Below are positions 8,722 through 15,257 of a stretch of 15,257 bases of DNA, piece by piece. Within the stretch, counting starts at the first letter, position 1. The number at the start of each line of letters is the position of its first letter. The notes beneath the pieces were generated by a model. It was not told where the DNA came from and made no database searches. It saw only the letters and a list, made by a program, of their open reading frames with translations. A program made the translations under genes and the position numbers. This DNA is from Nitrosopumilales archaeon (GTDB taxonomy: Archaea > Thermoproteota > Nitrososphaeria > Nitrososphaerales > Nitrososphaeraceae): NCBI GenBank assembly GCA_044507735.1, contig JBIQJB010000040.1:1-15257 (forward strand), written 5' to 3'.

Positions 8722-9275
8722 GTGTGACGACGCGTGGACTGATGACCGGCAGGTTCCAGCCATTCCACAACGGCCACCTGGCCCTTGCAAAGCAGGTCCT
8801 AAGCGAGTGCGACGAGCTGATAATAGTCATCGGCAGCGCCCAATTCAACTATATCGACAAGGACCCGTTTACCGCAGGCGAAAGGATGCTCATGATACAC
8901 GAGGCTCTCAAGGAGGCAAAGGTGGACCTCTCAAGGTGCCATGTGATGCCCCTTGCAAACGACGAAAACAACGCTCGCTGGATCGCCTACCTGAGGTCAA
9001 TGGTGCCGCCATTTGACGTGATCTATTCGGGCAACGACTTTGTGAGGCACCTCTCACTATCGCTCTCACAGGACAGAGCTATCGCAGTCAAGAGTCCCAA
9101 GTTCTCAAAAAAGCGCGAGTATAACGGGACAAATATCCGGCACCTCATGTTGTCTGGAAACAAAAAGTGGAGAGAGCTTGTACCTCGTGCTGTCGCCAGG
9201 GTGATAGACCAGATCGGCGGCATTGAAAGGATGAAGGTGCTAGCCGGCTCTGACACCAATCCCCAGAGGTGGTAG
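8718..9275 (+). CDS. nadM: Nicotinamide-nucleotide adenylyltransferase (archaeal NadM)
   Basis: GRFQPFHNGH (HxGH), IGSAQ, DPFTAGER, NGTNIR and WRELVP. ATGA overlap with the metG stop. Confidence 0.93.
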   Translation: MSVTTRGLMTGRFQPFHNGHLALAKQVLSECDELIIVIGSAQFNYIDKDPFTAGERMLMIHEALKEAKVDLSRCHVMPLANDENNARWIAYLRSMVPPFDVIYSGNDFVRHLSLSLSQDRAIAVKSPKFSKKREYNGTNIRHLMLSGNKKWRELVPRAVARVIDQIGGIERMKVLAGSDTNPQRW

Positions 9276-9285
9276 TGACACAGGC

Positions 9286-9420
9286 ATGGCAAAGGGTCTG
9301 AGGGCGTGTCCCGTATGCCCGTCGTGCGGGTCGAAAAAGTTCCGGGTGGTGGAGAACAACAACAGCAGTAAGGTCGCGATAGTGGAGTGCCGCTCATGCT
9401 CCCGCCGGCTATCAATTTAG
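9286..9420 (+). CDS. 44-aa zinc-ribbon microprotein
   Basis: ATG 9286 to TAG 9418-9420 gives MAKGLRACPVCPSCGSKKFRVVENNNSSKVAIVECRSCSRRLSI, with CPSCG...CRSC knuckles. It fills the nadM-mscS gap 10 nt after nadM and is below the ORF-track size cutoff. Confidence 0.7.
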   Translation: MAKGLRACPVCPSCGSKKFRVVENNNSSKVAIVECRSCSRRLSI

Positions 9421-9476
9421 TGTAAGACTTTTTCATGTATTGTTAGAACTTTTCAAGTTAGCGTCTTAACCTGATT

Positions 9477-10187
9477 ATGGTATCAACAACACTGACAGCG
9501 ATGGAAGTAACGGATCTTGTTGCCATATTGCCACTGCTGAGTGTTTTCAGCTCACTCGGGCTTTCGTTTGTATTCAAGGACTATATAGCTGACCTCATTG
9601 CTACCGTTGTCATAAAAAAGACGAAGGACATCAAGATCGGCAACAGGATCAAGATCACCTCCGGCGGCGCAGTGACAAAGGGCGATATCATGGATATAGG
9701 CCTGCTGCGGACGACGGTGATGGAAGTAGGCGACGGTGAGCGCCTGCCCTCCGTCCGTACTGGCAGGCTCATCAAGGTGCCAAACTACATGTTGATAAAC
9801 AACCCGGTAATGATCTACGGAGACACCATAATCGACGAGGTGGTATCCTATATCCCGCGCCCGTACCCGGACACCCAGCTGCTGGTGGAAAGCATGAGAA
9901 ACGCCATAATAAATAACGGACACGGCCTTATCGAGGTCGGTCTCTATCAGAAAGAGGACAGGCTGGTAATCCACGGCGTATTTGAGGTGAAGACGAGTGA
10001 AATGGGCGACGAGCGCAGCAAGATCCTAAAAGAATTCCTAGTACAAAGCAGGCAGATTGGAGGTGGAGCCGGCCAGGCGGCCAGCGGTTCTCAAGAGCAA
10101 AAGCCAGCAGCGTCGCAGCAGCCTGACCAGCTATTGCCGGAGCCCAAAGTGACAATCCCGCTGCAAAACATCGAAAGGCCTGACTAA
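9477..10187 (+). CDS. Minimal MscS-family mechanosensitive channel-like protein
   Basis: LGLSFVFKDYIADLIA resembles the MscS TM3 signature, and IKIGNRIKI...GDIMDIGLLRTTV...LIKVPNYML...PV resembles the MscS beta domain. Ends with a low-complexity G/A/Q/P tail. Confidence 0.78.
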   Translation: MVSTTLTAMEVTDLVAILPLLSVFSSLGLSFVFKDYIADLIATVVIKKTKDIKIGNRIKITSGGAVTKGDIMDIGLLRTTVMEVGDGERLPSVRTGRLIKVPNYMLINNPVMIYGDTIIDEVVSYIPRPYPDTQLLVESMRNAIINNGHGLIEVGLYQKEDRLVIHGVFEVKTSEMGDERSKILKEFLVQSRQIGGGAGQAASGSQEQKPAASQQPDQLLPEPKVTIPLQNIERPD

Positions 10188-10202
10188 AACGTTCTATAGC
10201 TT

Positions 10203-10838
10203 CTAACTGAGTAGGTCTGGGAGCCGGGGCTGGGGAAGTTTTTCTGTGGCGTTACCGCCCTCATCAATCCCGCTGCCATCAGGCAATATGCCTGCCGTGT
10301 TGTTCGTTGCCTCTCTTGCCGGTGTGTCGGCAATTCCGTATATCGGGCCGGCTAGGTAGTCGGGCTTGCCCAGCGTGATGTTGAGCGCACGCAGTCTGGC
10401 AAGCGAGATTTCTGCCTCTACTCCGGTCAGCTTTTCTGATCCGTCTGCGGTCGAGACATCTAGAATTCCTCTTACCAGAGCTGTGCCGTTTTCATTTACT
10501 GTCACTTCGCTTGAAGTGAGGTTTGACAGCTCTACCGTTCGGTACTCTCTGCCGCTCGCGTTCACCATTACAAGGTTTGCAGAGAAGCCGGACGCGACCC
10601 CTCCCTGCACGTCAAGGCTCCATCTTCCCGTTATTATCACCGGGTCAGTTGGATCGCCAGTGACAGAGCCTATCGCGCCGGCCGCCGAAAACGTGTCTGA
10701 CAGGAAAGTGTAGTTGCTCGCAGTCATGATGCTGTTGCCAGGGTTCAGAGGTGCCTCCACGGCCGGCCCTACAAGCAGCATACACGCTGCTGCCGCTGCG
10801 GGCACTACCAGCAGGAAGGAGGCTGCAAGCATGTCCAT
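10203..10838 (-). CDS. Secreted/surface hypothetical protein
   Basis: 211 aa with a hydrophobic signal-like N-terminus, a beta-strand-like S/T/N/G-rich body and several N-x-S/T sequons (NYT, NAS, NLT, NGT, NIT, NNT, NAT). CCTTAAAT box about 25-30 nt upstream on the minus strand. Confidence 0.75.
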   Translation of the reverse strand: MDMLAASFLLVVPAAAAACMLLVGPAVEAPLNPGNSIMTASNYTFLSDTFSAAGAIGSVTGDPTDPVIITGRWSLDVQGGVASGFSANLVMVNASGREYRTVELSNLTSSEVTVNENGTALVRGILDVSTADGSEKLTGVEAEISLARLRALNITLGKPDYLAGPIYGIADTPAREATNNTAGILPDGSGIDEGGNATEKLPQPRLPDLLS

Positions 10839-10949
10839 GTAAGCGAATGTTATGGAAGCAATTTAAGGAGACGCAATCTGCACTATGAAAAATTTCTTAA
10901 TAAGATTCTGTAGTGTAGTTTTTGGGGCTCGACAAATGGCGCTGTTAAC

Positions 10950-11594
10950 TTAACCTCCATCCCTAGCCAGAAATAATGTGAACCGCATCCTGTCTGCCCT
11001 CATGTCCAGATATAGCAAGAACAACTTGAGCCAGTTCCACACATGCCGCCTGTCGCAATTCTTCTTTCTACATGGAAAGTGGTCGTCGAAGCATTCTGTC
11101 CTGTCTTTGATATTCTGCATAAACCGCTCCATCAAGTTCTTTAATTCAGTACCGTATACGTAATGGCGTAACCTGAGCCACCTGCAAGCCTCGTTGTGTA
11201 CCATCGAGCGCCGTCTGTGTGAATATTGGCTTCCGGCCATAAATCCTCTGCAACTGCTTGAAGAAATGGTAGCACACGAAAACGGTTCTCTCGCGAGATA
11301 GATGCATGGCCAGACATGTGTTTAGCGCAGGCTCATATGCAATCCACAGCCAGTAGTCGCGCCCGTCTATCCGGAGCAACGTTTCGTCAACAAATATCGT
11401 ACTGACAAGGCGCCTCTGTCTGTACGATACCTGTCTGCACAATCCGCGTATTTCTGTACCCATTTCCAAACAGCCACATGACTCCTCTTTTTGATCGGTG
11501 CCAAGGATTTGGCTGCCAGCCTGAAACTCCTAGAGTTGAAATACAAGTATAGACCATATCTGATTATAGCTGGGTCTGTCCTCATCTTTCTCAT
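10950..11594 (-). pseudogene. Frameshifted IS6-family DDE transposase
   Basis: Joining frames gives 212 aa: MRKMRT...SHVAVWKWVQKY...RTD / RRLVSTIFVDET...PIFT / DGARWY / NEACR...NLMERFMQNIKDRT...GG*. Candidate catalytic residues are D (VDET), D (TDGA) and E (MERF). The stop TAA lies inside the left TIR. Confidence 0.85.
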
Positions 11595-11603
11595 GTTGCA
11601 ATG

Positions 11604-11627
11604 AAAGGCTAGGACAGTCCTAGCTTT
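11604..11627. promoter_or_regulatory. Palindrome between the IS end and the transposase start
   Basis: GCTAGGAC-A-GTCCTAGC (11608-11624) is a perfect 8-bp inverted repeat, flanked by AAAG and TTT. Confidence 0.45.
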
Positions 11628-11675
11628 ACGAATTACCCTAAGTTAACAGGGCCATCAATGCTGCCAAAAAATATT

Positions 11676-11996
11676 TTATTGAGCGACTAGTGCGTCGCTC
11701 CTTATCCTTGTTACCAAGACCTTGGCTGCTATGGTGGCTGCTAGAGCTAGGCCTATCGCCAGTCCCAGCCACGGGAGCATGCCCATGGCATCCCTGATCA
11801 ATGGGACGCCGGGACCGTACGCAGATGGCTGTGATGCAGCTTCCACTCGTTCCTGGGCGAGTGTTAGGATTTCTTCGTAGCCCGGAGCAAGCTTGGTGCT
11901 AGCTGCGTACGCCACATGAACAGTAGCAGACAGGACTGCTAGGATCGCTGCCACCAAAGCAGTGATTCTTGTCAGCACGATCTTCTTACCATTCAT
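11676..11996 (-). CDS. Small membrane protein (signal/TM, short loop, C-terminal TM)
   Basis: 106 aa with a basic then hydrophobic N-terminus (KKIVLTRITALVAAILAVLSA...AYA), a helical EEILTLAQERVEAA segment and a C-terminal TM LPWLGLAIGLALAATIAA. Confidence 0.7.
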   Translation of the reverse strand: MNGKKIVLTRITALVAAILAVLSATVHVAYAASTKLAPGYEEILTLAQERVEAASQPSAYGPGVPLIRDAMGMLPWLGLAIGLALAATIAAKVLVTRIRSDALVAQ

Positions 11997-12163
11997 GTGC
12001 CATCACCGTTTTATTATCTAGTTAGGGAAAAAATAAGTTGTTTACTATTTGGGATTTCTTATCGCTCAGCAGCATGTCTGAATGTTCAACTTTGCCTATA
12101 AAATAAGAGCTAAATATGAGATTTGCATTTTAATAAGCTGCTGACTTGCGTAGGTGATGATCT

Positions 12164-12367
12164 ATGTCAGAAACAGCACAAGTTTGGAAGCTAGCGCCTG
12201 ACGTCCGTAAGCGTGAACTAAAGCCCTATCCTCCCTATGACCGATACGGGAGAAGGCCCGAACGATTCTTTTGCAGAAACTGCATCATCTTCATGGATGT
12301 CGAAATAGTTGCAGAGAAGCACAGAGAAGAAACGGAACATGAAGTTGTTGAAATTTTTCCCTACTAG
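12164..12367 (+). CDS. Small protein with a single C2H2-type zinc finger
   Basis: 67 aa; FFCRNCIIFMDVEIVAEKHREETEH fits C-x2-C-x12-H-x5-H. TTTTAATAA box about 27-36 nt upstream of the ATG. Confidence 0.7.
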   Translation: MSETAQVWKLAPDVRKRELKPYPPYDRYGRRPERFFCRNCIIFMDVEIVAEKHREETEHEVVEIFPY

Positions 12368-12589
12368 ATAGACCATTTTTTATTTGAATTGGAAGAAACA
12401 GACCAAACGCAAGTCTGACGTCAAGGCATGTTGCTACAGCATGCGAGTAGCGATAAATATTTGGGTCCCGTATTTCCAGATCAAGAATCGGAGGCGACAT
12501 CTCTCCAAATGATGTCTGAGGATGGCGTGGCTAAATGGAACCAACCAGCATCCTGCAAGTCCTTTCAATACAACATAGAGAATCCAAGG

Positions 12590-12694
12590 ATGCCCAGACC
12601 TCAAATCTCGTGCTGGAAGTGCTCGAAGTCATTCGCGAGCGCGCTCGATCTTGAAGAGCACATAGAGCGTGATCACGGCAGAATTATTGGCTGA
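12590..12694 (+). CDS. 34-aa classical C2H2 zinc-finger microprotein
   Basis: MPRPQISCWKCSKSFASALDLEEHIERDHGRIIG fits C-x2-C-x3-F-x5-L-x2-H-x4-H. Start is uncertain: track ORF 12428..12694 is in the same frame. Confidence 0.65.
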   Translation: MPRPQISCWKCSKSFASALDLEEHIERDHGRIIG

Positions 12695-12709
12695 CCAGGA
12701 GACGCCCGA

Positions 12710-12727
12710 TTTTTCTTTTTTGGTTTT
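12710..12727 (+). terminator. Candidate archaeal oligo-T terminator
   Basis: TTTTTCTTTTTTGGTTTT begins about 15 nt after the stop at 12694. Confidence 0.45.
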
Positions 12728-12750
12728 GATGATTGCTTATCTACGCCATA

Positions 12751-12869
12751 TTGGTCCGAAGATTGTGGTTTTTTTCCATCTGCAAAATCCTTAACCCGGC
12801 GACGAATCTTGCGCACTACTCAGAAATGCAAGGCAGATTTTGAGGAAAGTTGGTCCGAAAACTGCAGTC
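12751..12869 (+). repeat. Degenerate 20-bp direct repeat pair, 99 bp apart
   Basis: TTGGTCCGAAGATTGTGGTT (12751-12770) versus TTGGTCCGAAAACTGCAGTC (12850-12869): first 10 nt identical, 15/20 overall. Confidence 0.4.
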
Positions 12870-12917
12870 TAATTCGACAGAGAAAGCTGAGAATCTGTTG
12901 AAAAGTTAAATTTATTA

Positions 12918-13418
12918 TTGCTATCCGCGTCATTTGTTGTGGTGACCGGCTTCTTGGTGGCCGAAGCAAGAATCCGGGTTGCTGAAGGACTCGTCATCGC
13001 CGCGCTTGCATTGTTTCTTGTCTATGGAGCAGACGCAGGTGCTACAGCAACAATGACAAGCCAGTTCGGAGTGCCGCAGGACCGAGGCTTCCTTCCAATT
13101 GATCCCATGACCCGAGCAGTTCTGTTTGGCGGCGGAGCTGCCTCACTGTCTACTGCGGCTTTCTTCGTGTCATGGAAGAAGAAATCCATCTTTATCCCTG
13201 CTCTGCTTGTTGCCAATGGAATTCTGGCAACAGTTGCAGGAATGGTGCCGATTCTTGGGAGCAGCGCCCTGGGTCAAGGGCTGGCGATGATGTCCGATGC
13301 AAGTCCCTATATAGCGTTGGGACTTGGGCTCTGGATCGCCGCTCTTGGAATGGCGAAGTTTGTAATGCAGGCGAAAGCGATGGGAATTAAGACCAAGGGG
13401 CAGCCCGCTACTTCATGA
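12918..13418 (+). CDS. Multi-pass membrane protein of unknown function
   Basis: About 4 hydrophobic segments. The start is uncertain and may be one of the GTGs at 12939-12957, given TTTATTA at 12911-12917. Confidence 0.72.
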   Translation: MLSASFVVVTGFLVAEARIRVAEGLVIAALALFLVYGADAGATATMTSQFGVPQDRGFLPIDPMTRAVLFGGGAASLSTAAFFVSWKKKSIFIPALLVANGILATVAGMVPILGSSALGQGLAMMSDASPYIALGLGLWIAALGMAKFVMQAKAMGIKTKGQPATS

Positions 13419-13883
13419 AAAATGGCGGCGGCTCCCTTGATCTTCCCTCTTTCTTTTGCACTCCGATGTTTAAGGCAAGAGGAGCCAGTATGTCCACTTC
13501 GCATTCGCATATCAAAATGGGTCTTTCATTCTGTTTTTCCTTGGGGTGCGATATCGTGCGTATCTTCTCGTGTAACCAAGGCATATTGTGAAACCTATGG
13601 CGATGCCCAAGCGTACACCTTGTAATTCTAATTCAACACGAAGCAAAACAACAAGAAATGCCCCAGTTGGCACTTTGTGTTGTGGAAGCAAGTGGCCACT
13701 GGCTAGTTGTTTAGAAACCACGAATGATTCATGATTTCATGATGAGATTTTTCTTAGCGAATGTGGTACCGGGAAAGAATTGATGTCAATATCTTTCGGA
13801 GGAAGGGTTCAAAGTATAGTCACACACAATCTGTGAGTAATGACTAAATATTTTGTGTGCGAATCTGATAGTGGTGACCTTGC

Positions 13884-14780
13884 TTGTCTGTTCAACTAAA
13901 TTCTCTCCCAAATGTGGCCTATACGATCACCTCTTCCTTGCCAGCTATTGCAGAACCACTACTTCATGCAGGCAACAGGCTGGTGGCTACTGATTACCAC
14001 ACCAATGGTGGGAACAAGGTGTGTGTAATCTTTTGCACCATGAACTGCGAAAATACTATTGAAAAAGCGATTGATGCAGCAAAAGGTAGCCGCTACCATC
14101 CTGAGATAATTGTAGTTGATGGCTTTTCTGACGACCGTACAGTTGAAATGGCGAAAGGGGCAGGAGCGACCGAAGTTATAATGCAACCAATAAAAAAATT
14201 CCCCGGAAAAGGGATTGCAATGAGGGCTGGGCTAGAAGTAGCAAAGAGAAGGAACGCAGATGTCGCGCTTTTTCTAGATTCCGACATCAGAAACCTGACG
14301 GCCCAGTGGGTAGATTTGCTAGTTGAACCAGTTGTAAAGGAAGGATATGACATGACAAGGGGTTGGTATGATCGCCATCCAAGAGACGCCGCAGTGACCA
14401 AGCTCGTAGCATTGCCGATGCTTTCAGTATTTTTTCCAGAGTTATCACATATTAAACAACCATTGAGTGGAGAGGTATGCGCAAGCATGCGCGCATGGGA
14501 CGAAATACTGCGTAGAAACGGGATCCCTGAGGGTTGGGGAATTGATGTCTGGTTTCTTATTGAAGCGGCACTTGCTGGCCACAAGATAAGGGAGATATTT
14601 TTGGGCAGGAAGGAGCATGACTCTTTTGAGGCATACCGAGAGGACGTGGGAAGGCTTTCCAAAATGTCAGAGCAGGTACTATTTACAATACTGAATGAAG
14701 CCGTCAAATACGGCAGGTTTGAGCAATATCTTAACAGAGCTAGTCCAAATATCTTGACTACTCCCACCGCTAAACAGTAG
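13884..14780 (+). CDS. GT-A glycosyltransferase, GpgS/MpgS/mannosylglycerate-synthase-like
   Basis: IIVVDGFSDDRT, GKGIAM, FLDSD (DxD), VTKLVALPML...FPEL..IKQPLSGE, GWGID and LGRKEH. The true start is probably downstream, e.g. GTG 13983. Confidence 0.85.
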   Translation: MSVQLNSLPNVAYTITSSLPAIAEPLLHAGNRLVATDYHTNGGNKVCVIFCTMNCENTIEKAIDAAKGSRYHPEIIVVDGFSDDRTVEMAKGAGATEVIMQPIKKFPGKGIAMRAGLEVAKRRNADVALFLDSDIRNLTAQWVDLLVEPVVKEGYDMTRGWYDRHPRDAAVTKLVALPMLSVFFPELSHIKQPLSGEVCASMRAWDEILRRNGIPEGWGIDVWFLIEAALAGHKIREIFLGRKEHDSFEAYREDVGRLSKMSEQVLFTILNEAVKYGRFEQYLNRASPNILTTPTAKQ

Positions 14781-15049
14781 ATCAAAAATCTGCTAGAGAT
14801 GTATGATGATTCTTCTGTAGCTTGCTACTACTATCTATGTTCATGCACCACACAAGTGGGTGAGGTTCATCTGAGTGCTGAAGATAATATAGGAAAGGCG
14901 TAAGCTCGTCATTTCGACTGCCTCATCAAACATGGCATTCCCAAAGCATTTGTGCCGTCTGGACACCACCAACTTATTTGTGGAGCAATTACATGCATTC
15001 AGGATGGAAGCCTTGGTATCCTGCAGAATGACGAAATTTTGATCTACTG
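14775..15049. mobile_element. Candidate MITE or internally deleted IS (275 bp)
   Basis: Perfect 13-bp inverted repeat CAGTAGATCAAAA (14775-14787) / TTTTGATCTACTG (15037-15049). Flanks TAAA and CAAA match 3/4. No convincing ORF inside. Confidence 0.5.
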
Positions 15050-15076
15050 CAAAGAACGTGGGCTTTCTCGCCCATG

Positions 15077-15256
15077 TCATCTGTAAATGTTCTCGTCAGA
15101 CGGATCAACAGCAATGCCCACTTCATAGGTGATTCCAGCAGTTTCACCACACCACTCTGTGACAAACAGATAACTTGATCGCTTTTGTCCAATGGCAAGC
15201 ACAGGTGAAAACGTAGGAGATACGATCAGAGCAAGCGAAGGCATCAAGACGGCGAT
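15077..15256 (-). pseudogene. Truncated secreted NHL-repeat/beta-propeller-like gene fragment (5' end outside the window)
   Basis: Minus frame reads IAVLMPSLALIVSPTFSPVLAIGQKRSSYLFVTEWCGETAGITYEVGIAVDPSDENIYR*: a signal-like stretch, then YLFVTEW and GIAVDPSDENIY resembling the first NHL blade, then an immediate stop. Confidence 0.45.
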
Positions 15257-15257
15257 C

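Larger units (their letters stand above)
10938..11653 (-). mobile_element. IS6-family insertion sequence (716 bp), non-autonomous as sequenced
   Basis: 15-bp terminal inverted repeats GGCGCTGTTAACTTA (10938-10952) and the reverse complement of 11639-11653, GGCCCTGTTAACTTA (14/15 match, GG ends), enclose a DDE transposase. No flanking direct repeat seen. Confidence 0.85.

Noticed and set aside
9023-9436. Minus-strand ORF containing CCCC
   Set aside because: It is the antisense shadow of nadM and the 44-aa zinc-ribbon gene; the Cys run comes from AAC/AGC codons on the plus strand.
10893-10903. Palindrome TCTTA-A-TAAGA upstream of the secreted protein gene
   Set aside because: Only 5-bp arms in AT-rich DNA; not distinguishable from chance.
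10950-11594. Programmed ribosomal frameshifting to express the transposase
   Set aside because: It would need three shifts, no canonical slippery heptamer was seen at the sites, and IS6 transposases are normally single ORFs.
13307-13745. Short ORFs 13422..13625, 13307..13510, 13512..13721 and the TCATGA repeats near 13728-13742
   Set aside because: No recognisable motifs, the ORFs overlap one another, and the repeats are too short to support a call.
14841-15198. Track ORFs 14841..15080 and 14989..15198
   Set aside because: No family motifs, and they cross the candidate MITE boundary and the NHL-like frame.
1-15257. CRISPR array, tRNA or rRNA genes
   Set aside because: No regularly spaced repeats, cloverleaf/T-loop signature or rRNA-like sequence recognised by eye; tRNAscan-SE and Infernal would be needed to exclude small RNAs.

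Overview
Archaeal-looking window. AT-rich TATA-like boxes about 25-35 nt ahead of several starts, many GTG/TTG starts, archaeal-type NadM and a short MetG suggest a Nitrososphaera-like thaumarchaeon; this is inference, not a search result. The left ~10.8 kb is dense and mostly housekeeping: the 3' end of a gene paralogous to the adjacent SAM-dependent methyltransferase, a stand-alone beta-CASP ribonuclease with a closely following 67-aa CxxC/CxxC protein, a bactofilin-like beta-helix protein, cysS, a Rieske ferredoxin, a 2-TM protein, ahcY-metG-nadM, a 44-aa zinc-ribbon gene missing from the ORF track, a minimal MscS-like protein and a secreted hypothetical. The right ~4.3 kb looks accessory: a 716-bp IS6-family element whose transposase is broken by three 2-bp dinucleotide duplications, two tiny single-C2H2 zinc-finger genes, membrane hypotheticals, a GpgS/MGS-like glycosyltransferase whose stop codon sits in one arm of a candidate 275-bp MITE, and a truncated NHL-repeat-like fragment at the right edge. 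No rRNA, tRNA or CRISPR array was recognised. The best candidates for undescribed biology are the tandem methyltransferase-like pair next to the beta-CASP/Zn-finger genes and the four micro zinc-finger genes.
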